Assembly: GCF_009914755.1 (NCBI RefSeq)
Contig: NC_060930.1
Direction: 5' to 3' (one strand)
DNA length: 64,000 bases
Source of the DNA: the human T2T-CHM13v2.0 reference genome, Homo sapiens
In this document: positions 63,440 through 64,000 of the stretch, in pieces
Layout: each line of letters begins with the position of its first letter
Position numbering within the stretch: position 1 is the first letter of the stretch
Made by a program: the position numbers and the translations under genes
Notes under the pieces: generated by a model
Database searches by the model: none
What the model saw: the letters and a program-made list of their open reading frames with translations, nothing else
What the model was told of the DNA's origin: nothing

Positions 63440-63852
63440 CTCCCCTTGCCCCTTCCTTCCCCGCCCTGTCCCCCTCTCCGCCCCCCGGCGACGGAGGGCG
63501 GGGGCAGCTGGGTTCCCGTCCCGCCGCCTGGGTCTGTCCCTCTCTCCGGGACCCGCCGGTGACGTTTCGCACACGTGCGCGCAGGACGCGCCTGTGACTG
63601 GGGAGGAGGCGGCGGCGGGAGGGGGCGCTGGAGGGGGAGAGGGGGGCACCCACTTCCTCCTGCTCGCCGGCTCCCTGGCCTGGGACGGTCCCGGCGCCCT
63701 CGCACCCGCCCCCGGCACCGCCACCCTCCCTCTCCTCTCCCCACCCCCCCACCGGCGCCCGCCCTCGCCCTGCGCCGCCGGTCTGTTCGGCCCTCCGGGC
63801 CCCCTCTCCAGCCGGCCCCCCACCTCCCCCCGGAGCCAGGCTGGTTTCGGAA
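63440..63852 (+). promoter_or_regulatory. E2F3: Probable E2F3b promoter / 5' UTR in intron 1
   Basis: GC boxes, TGACG 63560, CACGTG 63572 and G/C tracts just upstream of exon 1b. Confidence 0.65.
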
Positions 63853-63870
63853 ATGCCCTTACAGCAGCAG
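63853..63870 (+). CDS. E2F3: E2F3b alternative first coding exon 1b (MPLQQQ)
   Basis: ATG CCC TTA CAG CAG CAG|GTTAGT; phase 0 like exon 1a, so both can splice to exon 2; matches recalled E2F3b N-terminus. Confidence 0.9.
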
Positions 63871-64000
63871 GTTAGTGACCGGGACGGCTCGGGGGCCGCC
63901 GACGCCGCGGGGGCACCGGATTCTGTTGGGGGCTGAAGCGGTGAGGGTAGGCGGTTGAGCGGGGTTTTGGAGTGGGAACGGGGGGTTGGGTGCTCGAGGG

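Larger units (their letters stand above)
61500..64000. promoter_or_regulatory. E2F3: CpG island covering both E2F3 promoters
   Basis: Abrupt switch to very GC- and CpG-rich, repeat-free sequence. Confidence 0.93.

Noticed and set aside
62452-63744. 430-aa and other long antisense or overlapping ORFs in the CpG island
   Set aside because: Expected from stop-codon scarcity in GC-rich DNA; non-ATG starts and low-complexity P/G/R/A content with no recognisable domain

Overview
Primate DNA, very likely human chr6p22.3: about 61 kb of repeat-dense intergenic sequence leading into the CpG-island promoter and first exons of E2F3 on the + strand. The only supportable protein-coding sequence is E2F3a exon 1a (62271-62663, 131 codons, then a GT donor) and the alternative E2F3b exon 1b (63853-63870, MPLQQQ, then a GT donor). 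The rest is roughly 45 Alu copies or fragments, MIR/L2/L1 relics, MaLR/ERVL/ERV1 solo LTRs, Tigger and hAT DNA-transposon fossils (including a near full-length Tigger1) and simple repeats. I see no convincing new gene or new biological system. The best leads are a 9-copy 24-25 bp VNTR with GACCCCC(C)A motifs about 6.5 kb upstream of the E2F3a promoter, an unexplained ~200 bp dispersed duplication (40.5-41.0 kb and 46.6-46.8 kb), an E2F/CHR-like, octamer and CCAAT module in the promoter, and closely spaced inverted Alus. Repeat family names come from recalled consensus sequences; repeat boundaries are approximate.
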